A stretch of DNA of 64,000 bases from Chrysomallon squamiferum (GCA_012295275.1 CM022666.1:14818001-14882000), one strand, 5' to 3'. Positions 27,797 to 44,382 are shown, counted from the stretch's first letter. Notes: generated by a model not told the origin, from the sequence alone. Numbers and translations: made by a program.

Positions 27797-30242
27797 TAGA
27801 TTAAGACACACTCAGAGAAGATAAACAGAAGGAGAGAAAGTGGAAAAAATAGATCTGGAGGCAAAAAAAAAAAAAAAAAAAAAAACCCCCAGAGAAACGA
27901 AATCGGAGAGAGATTGAGATATCTGTAGATTAAAACAAACACAGAGACAAGGAGAATGGCAAAGAGATGGATTAAGACAGAGAGAAACACACACACACTC
28001 ACAAACAGAACGGAGAGATTCATTTGAACACAACACAGAACTCTCCATTTACAACACAAGTCGACTGGAAGTCCGCACAAACAGTGTTAGGAAGTCAACG
28101 GCAGATCACAATAAAATTATACGAAAAGAACCAGAGATAAAAACTGTCGCCATGGTTACGCGTCTCACCAATGACAGGCGTGAGAGTATTAGATTCCCCT
28201 CCGTGATTGCTTCACCTCTGACCTCCACCCAGATGTTGTTTGCTATCGTGCTGCAGGTCATATTGACGGCAGGAACGATAACCGCGCGGTGCAGGTACAG
28301 CTAAACCTTTCATTTAATTATTCTTCGAGCAAACTGCGAGTAAGCACGACATCTTGTAGACAATTATAGAAAGCTTTAGCTTTCAGAAAAAAAAAAAAAA
28401 AAAAAAAAAAAAAAACGAAGAAGAAGAAAAGAAACCGAGGTCCGCAACCCGCACACACACACGATAATTAGATTTTTCCCTCCAGTTGTTAAACGAGAAA
28501 TTACCCTGGTTATTACAATCTAGCATGGGTCGAAATTAGTGCTGTTAGTGCTGTTGATGTTCTAGAGGTAGTGGCAGTAGTAGTAGTAGTAGTAGCATTA
28601 ATTGGAGTTAGTGTTAGCAGCAATGGTAGTAGTAATAGCAGTAGTAGTAGTGGTAATAGTATTAGTGCTTGTGATAGTAGTACTGGCAGTGGTGATGGTG
28701 GTCTTCATCATAGCTGTAAAAGTAGTAGTCATTGTAGTAGTAGTAGTAGTAGTAGTAATTGTGTTAATACCGGTAGAAGTAGTAGTAATGGTAGTGAAAG
28801 TAATGCAGTTCGGGATATCTACCCATAGGCCTATTTTCTTTCTAGTCATCCAGAAATCCATCCTTGCTTTCATTTGTTCATGCATCCAGCGACTTATACA
28901 TCCATCCTGTATGTCCGATGTGTTTGTCTGTCTGTACAAAACACACTTACACACACACACACTTATACATCGCACATACATACGAATTCATTATCTCAAT
29001 GCAATACAAGACAGAACGTTTGTTTTTGTTACATGCTCTCATTCTTTTCTTGTCACTCATTATACAGCGTCATGTATGTGTGTGTGTGCGTAAGTATGAA
29101 TTTACATTTGTATGTATGTTTGCGCATGCATCTATGGATCGATGTGAGCCGAAGAGAGAGAATGAAAGAACAAAGATTATAAAGAAAACAAAAATGAACA
29201 AAATTACCTAACATAATTTTGTTTAAAAATGATATATATTTAAATTGCATACAACATTTTGAAAATATTCTGAAATCTGTATAGAATGTTATTTCAGAAG
29301 TAATTATAACACGATCTTTTCCCAAAAGCGAGCCTGAGTTTGTTTGTCCTCAGATGCTGACATTTAAAGCTTTTAAAAAAAATAAAAAGAATGAAAATAT
29401 ATAAAAAAAAAAAAAAAACATTTACTTTTTTTAATCAATATTGTGTCGCGTGTGTATAACTTAAATACCACGGATACTGTTACAAGTTGCAAGTAGCTTG
29501 TTGTCGTTTGTAAATCCAGCCTTCCTGGAAGTAGTCACCTTCAATGACCTCACCATGGTAACGCGGTGTTTTCTCTCTGGAGACCGAAGTGTCGTGAAAT
29601 CTGAATGGGTCACTGTTTAGAGTATTCGACAGAGAATAACTGAAATTAGCTGTTTATCGAAACCAGCCTACCCAAGATACCAGCACGTGCGCCTTCGGAT
29701 TTGCCGGCAATTGTCGTTTTTCCATTTTCAAAGGAAATTACAGGAATCGATATACAGAACAACGTCGGTGCGCCTTTATCTGTTGAAGGAAAGTAAAATA
29801 CGGAAGAAAGAAAATTTGATTCCGGCACCGTCAGTAGTATTTCGTTTGCACTTTTCGAAATGAATGCAGAAAAAGTAACAATAAAAAAAACCCAGTACGC
29901 ATGCGATTTGCTTTTATTTCTTATGCAAGAAAATTAGCCCCGTAACAATCCACTGTGCAGGAAAATATTGTTGCAAATTATAATTGTTAATCATGATTTA
30001 GTTTCTTCGATCAGACTGGGTTTTTTTTTCTTTTAGTATTTGGTTATTCAAGCAGCTCAGAAATTATAATAGAGTGTAAATCACGTGTATAAACAAACAT
30101 ACACAAACATACTAGCCAAGAGAAGAGAAAATACCAGCCAAGTGCGTCCGTGTGTCTGTGCGTGTGTTGTGCTACAGATTTAAATAACATTGCCTAGGAC
30201 TGATAGCCAGTCTCTGTTTAGCTGGTTAGTTAGTTTGTTGGT

Positions 30243-30273
<31 letters not shown>

Positions 30274-31089
30274 TCTTTCATAAAGACAAAATATTACACT
30301 GCAGACGGTGTTCAAGTTATCTCCCCGCTGGAGACAACGCTTTACAAGTGTTTGTCATTCGGCCTAAAACTCCCCTTTATCGCCAATAAAATTACCCAGC
30401 AAACTGCCAGAAAGACGAGATCAGACACTGAAACGCGTGTCCGGGACAGAATGATTGCGCACTAAGCCTGACAAAAGGGAAAAGTAACTCTGCACGGGAA
30501 AAAAAGATTTACTCTTTTTTTTTTTTTTTTCTTCCTCGGAATTAATGGGTTTCCTTTAACTACAGACTTGAATCCCGAGCTCGGTTCAGCAAGATGGCAA
30601 GACAGAGATGAAGAATTCGCCTGCTGTTTGGTATTCACGTGCCGTTTATCATACGTCACGCATTAAATCATCATGATTCTTAATTTGTGTGTTGTTATCT
30701 AAGATATGCGCTCGTTACACTCACTGGAAACACTTTGCCATTAAAAAAAAATAGAGAAAAAAAGAAAGAAAAAAAGAGTTAAATATCGCTATTTTTCATG
30801 ATGAATTTTTCGTCAGATTTATGTAATTTTTATTTTTATTTTTTTTATACAGAATACGTTTTCTTGAAATAGTTTTGCTGTTTAGCAAATGTTCCATCTG
30901 TATGATTTAATATCACAGTTTATGGACGATGATTATATGTCGATTAGGTTGAAGGACTGAGGTACATCATGTCGTGGGATCCAGGCTTCTTAAAAACATC
31001 ACTGGTCAGTTTATAATATGTCAGTTAAGCAAATATGCAAATGAGTAAACATCAGTTACTGTTTCGGGCTGAGAGAAGCCTCTGTTTAC

Positions 31090-31350
31090 ACGGGTTACTC
31101 CTACCTTCTTTAAGACCTGGTTACTCTTACGAACGTTAACATATGGTTATTCCTACGAACTGTAGTACTTGGTTATTCCGATAAGCTACAACACAGAGTT
31201 GGTTTATCAATCTGGCTGACAGTAACTATTTGTAGTCAATACATTATTTATTATTAAAAACGATACTTGGTTATTCCTAGGAGCCTGAACACAGAGTTGG
31301 TTTATAAATCTGGCTAACACTAGCTATTTGTAGTCAATACATTATTTAAA
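31090..31350. repeat. ~26-bp repeats (TGGTTAYTCCTAC) followed by a 98-bp-period tandem duplication (31166 / 31264)
   Basis: TACTTGGTTATTCC...AACACAGAGTTGGTTTAT.AATCTGGCT.ACA.TA.CTATTTGTAGTCAATACATTATTTA occurs twice; a related motif recurs near 31596. Confidence 0.88.
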
Positions 31351-32877
31351 TTTATAACCGGGTTTCTCTCGAGAACTATAGTAACGAAAAATTTACAGTG
31401 GGTTGTTGTTGTTTGTTATTTTATTATTATTAATTTTTTTTTTTTTTTTTTTTTTTAATGTATTAAATTCCAGTTGGGTTTTTATATATTGTTCTTAACA
31501 CAGAGCAATATACTTGTTTATTCATTCATTAGACAGTGGATTGTTTTTTGTGTTTAATGTGACCTCGGCAACGGAGGATACAAAGAACAAATAAGTGGTT
31601 ACTCCTATGAACGTTAGCCCATGGTTCTGCCTACACAGCAGCTTGTTTATTATTCATTCATTACTTAATGAATTTTCTTTGGCGTTTAAAGTAACATCAC
31701 CAGTTGAGAAAACAAAAACGAAGTACTAATTAAACTGAGACTATAGTATATGAATATATACAGGCCTATATAATTTTTTTTTTAATTTTTTTATTTTGGT
31801 GCTTTAATGAAATGCATACCTCGACAATTAATCTTTACTTTGAGGACTTAACGTTCCAAATTTTTTATCTACGAATAAAAATAGACGTACATAATACAGA
31901 AATTTCATTTAAACGTCAATTTCAAATTTATTATTGTAATGTATAATTTTCAAACAGACGCACACACTCAACAACAAACATTCAAGCGCGCGCATGCACA
32001 TTCACACACTCTGTGTAATTAAACACTTTAAAAAAAAAAAAAATCTGAGAAGAAAAAAAAAGAGTATATTAAATAAAATAAAAACATAATTTTAAAAACA
32101 AATGTTTTAATATTATGTAAGTAAAAAAAAAAAAAAAAAAAAAAAAGCAGACGCGAAACAGAAAATTAAATGAAATGGCCTCAAATCTATGATGACAACG
32201 TAATTTTAACGGTGTGAGTCTGGCGCTGTTCAGATTGTAATATTAATACTACGACCAAAGCGCGCCTGGCAGGGCCGTTACGCGCCCGAGAGCAATTTCG
32301 CGAGCAGTGTTTACAAAACTGCACGCGCTCGTGTTGTAGATTTCCCCAGGGGTATTGTGGGAAATCGCGCCGGTTTTGTCTCGACGTTATTTACTGTGCT
32401 AGTGTCAAAGTGATAATTCCATTATTGGTGGCGTCTATTAATGAAAATAATAATATTTCACGTGGCCTGCTTCAATCGTTGCGGCTACCTCTCTGCTGCA
32501 GGATTCGCTTCACTGAAGGCAAGCTGACACAAATTAGAAAGTGTAAGTGCGTGAATCGTGCGAGTATGCGTGATGAACCTATGTTTGTAAAGACACCTAA
32601 ATTTTTAAATATTCGCGAATACACTCTCACACTTCTTCACATTCAGTGATTTTCAGTCTTTTGTGACTTTATTTTATGATTTTAGTCGGCCAGTATTTTC
32701 TTTACAAGGTGACAAAAATAAACTAGTTTCAGCAACATAGCAGTATCACATATTACACGTGCATGCATGTATATATACATGTATATGGTATTGTGTATAT
32801 GTGCGTATGTACAACCTCTTGAGTTTTATCAGCAAAAGGTTTGGTTCAGTCTCTCTCTCTGTCTATCCCACATATAC

Positions 32878-32966
<89 letters not shown>

Positions 32967-33024
32967 GTTTCTATGTCTTTCGGTCTCTATATATCTTTCT
33001 GTTATCTCTATGTCTCTATTTCTA

Positions 33025-33094
<70 letters not shown>

Positions 33095-33751
33095 ACACAC
33101 ACATACACACATATTCCCTTCCTCCCCTCCCTTCCTTCTTTTTTTTTTTTTGTCAGTACGTTAACCTCTGAGAAAAATCGCTTCTGTCTAGTTTTCCTAA
33201 CTGTGCTGCTAGCAACACAACACCGTGTTTGTTCAGATAAGATAAAAAAATTATCACACATCGATTTTGTGTCGCCGTGAATATATCCACTGTTTTATGA
33301 CTGCACTCGGAAGTCGGGTTAACGTAGCCGACGTTGACGTTATCACTGACAGTGACGTCACCTATCTGACGTAAACACTTTGTGACTCAGTCTGTTAATA
33401 AATAAACTCTCTTTTTGTAGATATATTATTATGATTATTATTATTAGTAGTAGTAGTAGTATTATATATGTTGTTGTTGTTGTTAGATATAGTCGCTCGC
33501 ACACAAACACACATTCTGTCGTTCTGTGTTTCGTTCTGTAGGAATATGTGCATATAAGTAATTACGATTGCAGGTGTATATATATATACACACAAACACA
33601 CACACACACATACATACATACACATACATACATAATATATACATACTTTCATACATACATACATACATATATACACACACACATACATCCATACATTCAT
33701 ACAAACGCGCGCTCAAACTGACAATTACTGTATGTGTATTTGTATGTACGG

Positions 33752-33784
<33 letters not shown>

Positions 33785-34240
33785 TGTATGTATATATGTA
33801 TGTGTGTGTATGTGTGTGTGTCCTCACTGTGATAAATTATTTCTCCTCTTCCCCTCTCATACTGATTCCCGTTGACTTTATTCAGCATCAAAATCTGAAC
33901 ACTAGACACACAGAGAGAGTAAAAAAAAAAAAAAAAAAAAAAAAAAATGAAAATGAAAAACAAACCCGCTCAGACTACGTAGAGCGCAGGCTAACGTTTC
34001 AGAGAGGCAGGAACTCGCACGGTTTGATAGGAAACTGGGAGAGGCAGACACGCAGATTTATGGCCGGTCTGTGTTTCTCGTTATCTCATTCATCCGCCGC
34101 GTTTCACTGATAATGATGACGTGGCCGAGTGCCGGGTTTCACAACAGTGCGAGATTCCTAGCGTGTTTCCAAACACAGCTTCAGAACGTTCAGTGCACAC
34201 GGTGCAAAGTTTTTGTCTTTGTGTGTGTGTGTGTGTGTGT

Positions 34241-34354
<114 letters not shown>

Positions 34355-35249
34355 GATATTTAAAGTCAAAACTTTGTAATGAATTTTAAAAGATGGAATG
34401 AAGGTATTGTCTTACAGATTTTCAGAATAGTCTAGTGTAAGAGTTGATTTTTTAATTTTTTTATTATTATTACTATTATTTATTTATTTATTTGGTTCAG
34501 CTGTCTAAAATAAACCTTAAAGTTGAGCCAAAATGAAAGACACAAAATCTGGGGGGAAAAATGAATGAAAAGATTGTATTAATAAACAAAAGAATGAATA
34601 ATAAATGAACGAAATGAATAAGGAATGAATGAAACAAATGATTGAATGAATTAACAAGCAAATTGAAAGAACGAATGAATTAATGAATGAATGAAGTAAT
34701 GAATGAACATAAAATGAATGAAGTAATGATTGATTAAAAGAATGGGTGGAATAATGAATGAATGAACACAAAAACGAACGAATGAAGTTTGTCGTCAGAC
34801 ACACAATGTTAAAGCTTGACAGGCTATAATCTAATGATGATTTTAGAAAAGAAACACGATGTAATCATCCACTAGTCTACTGTGATCATTCCCCCAACAA
34901 GATACATTTCATATATTCGCCTTTCCATAACAGGAAACTACAAAACGTGACCTTATACAAATCTGTCGAGAAAGTGAGGTTGGAACGTGAGATTTTGTGA
35001 GTTACTTATGGAAAAGGATAATTGCATATGTTGGCATTGATTGAAGACCTAAGTTGTGTAATTATAAGCAGAGTGCCAATTTGTCTTGTATGATTAAATG
35101 ATTGCAGCAAGATGATTAAAAAGTAATATTTATAATTAAAATAAATCGATGACTCTCTTTAGCTCTACGAAGTTTAATAAGAAAATCGGATACGTAGAAA
35201 GACAAAAACAATCAGAACAAGAGAGAGAGAGAGACTGTTTGTGCATGTG

Positions 35250-35380
<131 letters not shown>

Positions 35381-35504
35381 ATGTGTTTGTGTGTGAGAGA
35401 GAATGTGTGTAATATACTGAAAGAGAGAAACACAGAGATTGATCGACAGAGAAATAGTGAGAGACAATTAGAGAGAGAGTATGTGTTTATTTTGTGTGTA
35501 TATA

Positions 35505-35590
<86 letters not shown>

Positions 35591-35933
35591 ATACAAGAGA
35601 TAAGTGTTTGTTTGCGTTCTACTTTCTATACACGTTCTACACACAAACTGCCAAGATAATTATCTGAATTTTTTTGTCTTGTTTCTCTGACACCCGCACT
35701 TCCTCTTGTATTTTTTTATACCTGAATAATTAATGTTAAAGTTCGTGATAGTATCAGTTTACTTCAGATGGGAGTATAAATTTAGTTCATTATTTATGTT
35801 GTCATCATTTTGCTTCAGCTACAGTTTTTTTTTTTTTTTTTTCTTACATTTCACAAGTAAACTAAATTAATAAAGAGATTTTACTACGATCTTTAATGTA
35901 GCTTTCTTTCAATTCACAGTTTTGGGGTTTTTT

Positions 35934-36097
35934 TTGTTAATGTTAAACTTTTCTAATTTCTTATTTGTTATCTGAAAGTTATTTATCTGAGTGACATAAA
36001 TTCAAATATTATTTAGAAATTATCTCTACTCCGTTTATCTCTTTGATTCTCTCTCTCAGTTTCTACCTCTCTCTTTTTCTGTGTGTATGTCTCTCGC

Positions 36098-36192
<95 letters not shown>

Positions 36193-36213
36193 CTCTCTGT
36201 CGCCATCTCTCTC

Positions 36214-36299
<86 letters not shown>
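35934..36299 (+). repeat. Dispersed repeat copy 2 with extended interrupted (CT)n tail
   Basis: Same orientation homologue of 13903-14062. Confidence 0.85.
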
Positions 36300-36301
<2 letters not shown>

Positions 36302-36314
36302 CTAACTTCTGCTT

Positions 36315-36348
<34 letters not shown>

Positions 36349-36682
36349 CTACCGCACGGTCAACTCACCTAAGCAATTAACCTGTGCATGCTGGGTTTAG
36401 CGTCAAGCACGCTAACGAGACTCTGGGATTAAAGACGTCGTGAAGCCGTGCTGGTCGTGTCCACGTGGACATCAGTGAATAAGAACAAACGAGCACATCT
36501 GTCAGTGCAATATTCACCCGTGAATGGACAATCAACGACAACGACTGCGACACCGCCGTAATTTAAACATCGATTTATTAGAAGCGCGAGAACGACATAT
36601 GCAAGAATTGAGACGAGGCAGAGTGTGAATGTGTTTGCATGTCAGCTTGCGTTTAACATGTGTCAGTGTTAGGAGATGACTT

Positions 36683-36713
<31 letters not shown>

Positions 36714-37026
36714 GCATACGTCTCTGTGCATGTGTATACCTTATACCTGTATATGAGTATGTGTATCTGTGTATGTATGTGTCTGGTATATTTGTGTATA
36801 TGTGTAGCTGTATGTTTCTCTGTATATGTGTATCTGTATGTTTGTATATGTGTGTTGTGTATGTGTGTATTTGTGTATGATATACTGAAATGGATATTTG
36901 TATTATGACTGGATTGCTGTGAGTTTTTTCTTATGCATTATCATCATACAAAAACATGTTTGTTTAATATACATGCATTTTGATTGAAGCAAGTATTGAT
37001 TATTTCAGCGACATACTAGTTTTCTC

Positions 37027-37181
<155 letters not shown>

Positions 37182-37521
37182 CCCTCTCACTCCTCCACAT
37201 GGCGATTTAGAACGAGATAATATGAGGACATTTTGTGATGGTGTTTCGAACAGACGCGTCAAAACAGTTTAGTAATATAAATCGACTTTCCTTCGTGACC
37301 TTAATGCACGCGCCACGACATATTTATGGGAGACCGTTAGGGCAATATTGAATTTTCCTAACCGTCAACGTGTCGAGGCTAATTGTGAAATTGAGATGAC
37401 CAGTGTATCAATGCGCTGAGAGATAGTCACAGGATTCACGCATGCAATGTGTTCTGGAACAATATAATAAGGCGTAGGTGAGTGATGCGACAAACGTTTT
37501 CTAAATAACAATGAATTTACA

Positions 37522-37612
<91 letters not shown>

Positions 37613-38258
37613 AACAGAAGAAGAGTTAAAAGAGTTTTAGGAAGACTATTTTTAGGAAAATGTGCTATATTGCTGAAACAATGTTTTCTGAATAAATGAA
37701 TTAAACACAACACTTGGGAATATGGCTAAGCTAAATGAAATCTATAATTCGACTTTATTTATTAACTGTATTTTCGATTTTACAGTTTTTCGAAAGGATT
37801 ACTTTTGTCTTCTATTACAACAACAACCACAACAAAAAAACATAATTATATGTGTGTGTACTTATGTAAATGCAACTATACATGCGTGCGTGTACGTACA
37901 AGCATATTTATAATTATTAATTGCAGAGTAGACCAGTAATTTACAAAACTGGGACGTTAAATACAAACTGAACTCGCACGCTCTTGACCGTCTGCTGCTG
38001 TCATGTTACGCCTCTTACTGTCAGTCACTACCAGTCGATACCGACTCTTGACGATGTTTACAAATCGACGCGGAAACCACCGAATCCATACGGAAACGAA
38101 TAAAATGAAAATTACCGATAAAACATGACCATTAACGAGAACGGTGGGTGAATACCAAATTAGACGCCAGTGAGAGACGATCTGTTTATTTCTGTAAATA
38201 ATCTGGAATCCAAGTCCCTGTTATTTCTGTTTCTTTCACATACAGACCTTTATTATGC

Positions 38259-38292
<34 letters not shown>

Positions 38293-39712
38293 TGCATCCA
38301 TATATAAATGCATACATAGAGAGCTACCTACATGCTATATTTGTGTGTGTGTGTATATATATGTATGTATGTATGTACATATACATACACACATAAATAC
38401 ATACATTCAGAAATACATACATGCATACACACATATATACACACAAATACATACATACATACAAACATACACATAAACACACTTAGACGACGTATAAACA
38501 TACATAAATAAATATAAAATAAATAAATAAATAAGTGGCATATTGTAAACCAAAACTATATTTTTAAAAAAATGGAAAAAAAAATAAATAAATAAAAGAT
38601 TATTAAACGAAAGAATCAAAGAAGATAAATGAAGTTGAAAAAAAAATTAATAATAATATCACTGCATACAATTGCTTGGCAAAAAGTAAAAGAAAAGTAA
38701 AACAGAGACAAAAACAAATACGAGTGACAGATTTGAAAAACTGGAAAAATAGACAAGCTCTTCAGAGGCAATCGAAAACAACATTCTTTTTTACTTTTTT
38801 TATTTTTTATTTTGTTCCCTTAACATTTTCAAATCGTCGAATGTGAGTTGCCAGTGCCGCCATTATTACTTGTTATCTAGATGACTGTTTCCACAAACAG
38901 ACACGCATAGAAAAAGAAGGCGGCGAATGAAATGAAAAATCTTCATAGGAACCAACGCGACAACGTTAACCGTCACCAAGCGAATACAATCGGCCATTAG
39001 AAGAAGTACGTGCTCGGAATGCACGCTGAGCGCTGTGTCAGATCTGCTGCAAATGCACATTTAATTAGTTTTGTTTAACCCTTTAATCCGTCGGGCATAG
39101 CGCACCGCGAGTCTTTAATATTGTGGAAAAAGTCGGAGGAATGAAAGACTAATCAACTCATCTAGTTGTCTTGGGGATAAAAACGTGCGGTCCGCTTCTT
39201 GCCTTCGACACGGCGGACGAGAGAGAGAGAGAGAGCGAGAGCGCGTGGTGATGTACGTTCGGCTAGCAGACGATACAGCAGATACGATTTGTTGTTTATC
39301 GATTGGTCGAGATTTTCTTTTGTGGTAGGCATATTGGAGACGGTGCTAAATGACGTTCGTTATGTTTCAGACTCGGCTGATTGCGGGGAGGGGGGGGTGG
39401 AAACGGTGTGTGTTATTAACAGTGTAACCTCGAACTCGGCTGAGAAACGCGATAATCGTGATTCCTGAGCCCTTTTCTGCTCCCGTCGAAAGCGTGTCTC
39501 GTTAGCCTGTCAAACGTCTGACACGTGTCAAGAGTGAAGCGCATTTGTCAGGTGCACAGCTTGTGAATTATTTATTTATATATTTAATTTTTTTTTTTTT
39601 TTTTTTTTTTTTTTTGTAGCAAAACATATTTTACGTGTATCATGTCAACGTATTCATCTTTAGATTAACCAACTGTCTCTACAGCTGGAGATTAGAGTGT
39701 TTTTTTTGTCTA

Positions 39713-39798
<86 letters not shown>

Positions 39799-40976
39799 GA
39801 TACGTATTACAGAATTAACTTTACATAATGTTCATGCTCAGCGGCTTCAGCCATCGGCTAAATTAAATCCCGTCCTTTACGAGAAAGTAATTCAATTTCT
39901 TCTTCTTTAATCAAACACTGAAAAGCGAAAAGCGACGATGAATGTCGGCCATCCACATTCGTTAGTTTCCGGTCAATATCGACGTCAGTGACCGGACTTC
40001 GTCGTGTTGTCTTCTTCGTTCAAGTTTTTCATTCTTCAGCTCTGAACTCTCGCTGCATAACGATTTCAGCCTTTGAATTAATATGCTCAGATTCCTGAAT
40101 GATATTCACGTATCAGTCGCTGGCTTTCGTTTTCATTTGCCGCGTTGCCCGGAATCATCGTCTGAGGACAGACGCGAGAACACTGGAAACAATTACAGTT
40201 GTTTATCGGCAGACGTTGGCCGTCTAAACGAAATCTCGCGAGAATTCGCAGTCATATTTGGTTACAAACTTACTAAATCTTGTTTGTACTTCAGCGTTTT
40301 AAAATTATTTTTCTTTCGTTCAGAATAATGGGCTAGTTCCAGTGTGTATTGTTCTGTGTGTGTAGCGGTTTGAATTTGGTGGTACATACGAAAATATGAC
40401 AGATTTTTATATATATATATGAATATAGTGTATGTACTTATTCAGTTATTTATTGGTACGTTTTCACTATCAGTTTCATCATCATCATTATTATTATAAT
40501 CATCGTCGTTATATTATTATTATTGTTGTTGTTGTTGTTATCAATAATATATTATGATTATTATTATTATTATTATTGATCTACAGTTAAATAACAACAT
40601 TAAACTGCCAATAAAGAATAAAATGGTTTTTCGTTTTTTCGTTTTTTCGTTTTTTTTCTTTTCTTTCTTTCTTTATTTATTTTTAAATTATTATTATTAC
40701 TATTATTATTATTATTATTGCTGTTGTTGTTGTTGTTGTTATTGTTATTTACACCATTAAGGAACTGTCATTCAGCGTGTTTTCTTGTAACGTGTAACGT
40801 CCACTCGATCTATTTTCCAGTTAAAAATCGATAACCAGTTGATTGATTGCATACTGGGAAAGTTTCACCGATTCTCCCTTTTCGTAGAGTCGTCAATACG
40901 AAAATTACCGACCTCTGCCGAATCTGAACCGACTCACTCCTACGCGGATTAAAATATCATTCATGTTAATTATGCA

Positions 40977-40994
40977 TTTAGAAAATAATCATGA

Positions 40995-41037
<43 letters not shown>

Positions 41038-41056
41038 ATCATGATTATTTTCTAAA
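40977..41056. repeat. Perfect 21-bp inverted repeat enclosing a (TATC)n loop
   Basis: TTTAGAAAATAATCATGATAT (40977-40997) and ATATCATGATTATTTTCTAAA (41036-41056). Confidence 0.95.
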
Positions 41057-41260
41057 CGTTTCGACCTTCAGATCAGCATTTGTGCTAAAATAACGTTTTC
41101 TAAATTAATGTCAGTAATTTCGTTAAACTTCGTATATGTCCGTGCGAAGAACAGATGGCCTTAGCTTAGATAAAACAGAAATAGTATTGTTGATTCATTC
41201 AGCATTGGAATTTAAAATGAAATTAAAATTTTGATTGTTTCAGAATAATTATTTATTTAT

Positions 41261-41321
<61 letters not shown>

Positions 41322-42173
41322 TTATTATTATTATTATTATTGCTATTGTTATTCTTATTCTTATTGTTATTGTTACTGTTATTATTATTATTGTTGTTGT
41401 TGTTGTTATTCTTGTTACTACTGTTCTTATTGTTATCATTATTGTTGTCGTTGTTGCTGTTATTATTATTAATGTTGTCGTCGTCCTTTTCGGTATTGTT
41501 ATTACTACTACTGCTACTTTTTTCATCATCATCATCATCATCATTATTACTATCATTATAAATAATGTAATACTGTCATTAAAATGTCATTCAATAGCGC
41601 TGTACATTTTACAATTATTGCACTGTTAAATAATTAATACGCAGAATTAAGCGCACGCCATCTTGTCACAAAGCTTTTTCAATTCTTCAACAATAAGCGA
41701 TAAATAATTGATGACAGCCTATGTCAGGTTCTTCATTTCGTTTAATTAATTATAATAAAAAAAAATGTCAATTAATATGAATAAGAGTTTAGATTGAAAA
41801 AAAACAAATGTACCAGAGTTTAAGTATCTGTCTATGCATTTATATATGGATGATATATGCATACATCCATACATAATATATACACACATACATACTTTTA
41901 TACATACACACACTGACAAACATATGCAAGTCAGTACTGACCCATTCACAAAAAACCTAATAAAACACAAGTAATGAAACATATTCTGCATAAGAAAAAA
42001 CAACAACAAAAACTCGCACGAATTAACAACCACAACAACAACAACAAGTTTTATTTGATCAAGACATTAATGGCAATAATAAATGTTTTGATCTGATAAA
42101 GTCCACTGTATGCAAGGTTCTATATCAACAACGCAACGGCAACAATAACAATAACAACAATAATAATAATAAT

Positions 42174-42245
<72 letters not shown>

Positions 42246-43422
42246 GAAGCACAAAATTCAAACAATAAGAAAAGAAAAGGAAAACAAATAATTCTTTCTC
42301 AGTATCTTTTTTTTCTCTTTCATTTTATTTATTTAAAAAATTCTGTTTCATTCATCATGTTTGTTTCCTGTCTGCTCTCACGTTCCCCATTTCTTCATTC
42401 CTCTAAACAAACTAAATGATGGATATTATGGAAACCAAAATAGACTGATCGTTTTAAATGACAGAGAAACTAAAAAATAACTCTCAAAGTAAAACAAATG
42501 TTTAATATCAAAAAAAAAAAAAAAATAAATAAAATAAAATAAAATTATTCAAGATTTTCCCAAAGGCGTTTTTCGTAAAACGTAACATCAGCCTGTTTTT
42601 CATATAATTTATTTTCTTGGCCTTATAGTCAAACATTCATTGCAGTCTTTATTGCCTGAAATGATTAAAAAAAAATCATTTAAGTGAAGATGACAGTTTG
42701 GACAACTTTGTCTTAATACTGAATTTTTATTCTATTGTCCTTTCTTTGACAGTTATTTTATATCGATATTTTATGTTGTGCTAACTTTTATTTTATTTTA
42801 ATTTAATTTAACTTTATAACTTTATCACTGTTTATTTATATATTTATTTATTTAATTATTTATTTATTTATTTTCTTATTTCTTCTTATTAATTTGTTTG
42901 CTTTGTTACAGGTTATTGCATTACATTACAGGTCATGCGATATTATATTACATTACATTATATTATATTATATTATATTGTATTACTCTATGCTACACTA
43001 TTCTCTATAATGCTATATTATATCATACTGTATTTGTTTTGTTTTCTGATATTATTTCTTCATCTTGCAAGCTACTCCGCTCACTCCTAACTCCCCATTT
43101 TCTGTAACACTGGAACCGAACCTGGATTCCGTCCTAATTTCCTTATTTATGAAATGTCGCGTAATTCACAGTGTGACTGACGTCGTTGGACAGATCTGAA
43201 TGCATCAACGACAGCCACATTTATAGAGATTGCAGTGCTATATGAATGAAACATAATTTCCAAGGCAGTGCGTTTGAAGCCATTATATAGAATTTTGTGT
43301 CATCATTTTGTCAGTTTTGCTCATTCCAGATGTTCTTGACTTACAATTATTTCAATCGTATAATAGTTTTAACCAATAAATATAACAAATATGCATATCA
43401 TACGAATAGATACAAACAGATT

Positions 43423-43523
<101 letters not shown>

Positions 43524-44382
43524 CCTCTCTCTCCCTCTCTCTCCGTCCCTATTTGAATATATTAATATATTTGCTGTTTTAGTGTGTAAAAATTACCTCT
43601 GATAAAATAATTTATATCTGAATTTTTTTTCTCATTCACTTACTACCAGTAACGACGTCAGATTCACTCACTTGCCTTAATATTCATAACAATGTCATGA
43701 CGTCATATCTACTGCGCCTAAACAACAGTAACACGACGTAGGAACGTCTTGTTTACTCACATAATGAAGAAGTGTTTACAAGGTACAGCTCAAACTTGCG
43801 TTGCGTCCTATTTTCCGAGATGATGAATATTTATGAATAATAACTAATGCATGTCACACGGTTCATGAATATTTATAGAAAAGGGAAACACGGCTTTGTG
43901 TTTATTATTGAAGATATCGACTGCGATCCCATAGATTTTGCCCGTCTGCCTAATCACGAGAAGATGACGAGTAACATATGAACACGACTGACGTCTGCTC
44001 TGCCGAGACGTCTGCTTAGCAGACGTTGTTCGTGCTCAGAGTTTGAGTTCAGTGTTTCGGCTCATTAATTTCGGTACCGTTGAGTCTCCTTGTTTCTCCT
44101 ATTTTCTAGTGTTCTTGTTTTATTGTCTGTCTGTCTGTACTCTGTTTTTCTGCACGCATATTTTTAAAATCGTTTTCAACTTTCTAATAGATATGTAGAA
44201 ATAAATCTCTAAGTTAATCCAAAAAATTTAGTACCCTGTGTTATTCAGCAACAGGGAAATTATGTAGCTCAAAAATAATTTATTCAAAGAAGTAATGTTT
44301 ATTACGAAAACAAAAAGATAACACAATTTACAACATGAAAGGTTATCTATTTAAATTAACGCTCTACATAATGTTCCTCTGA

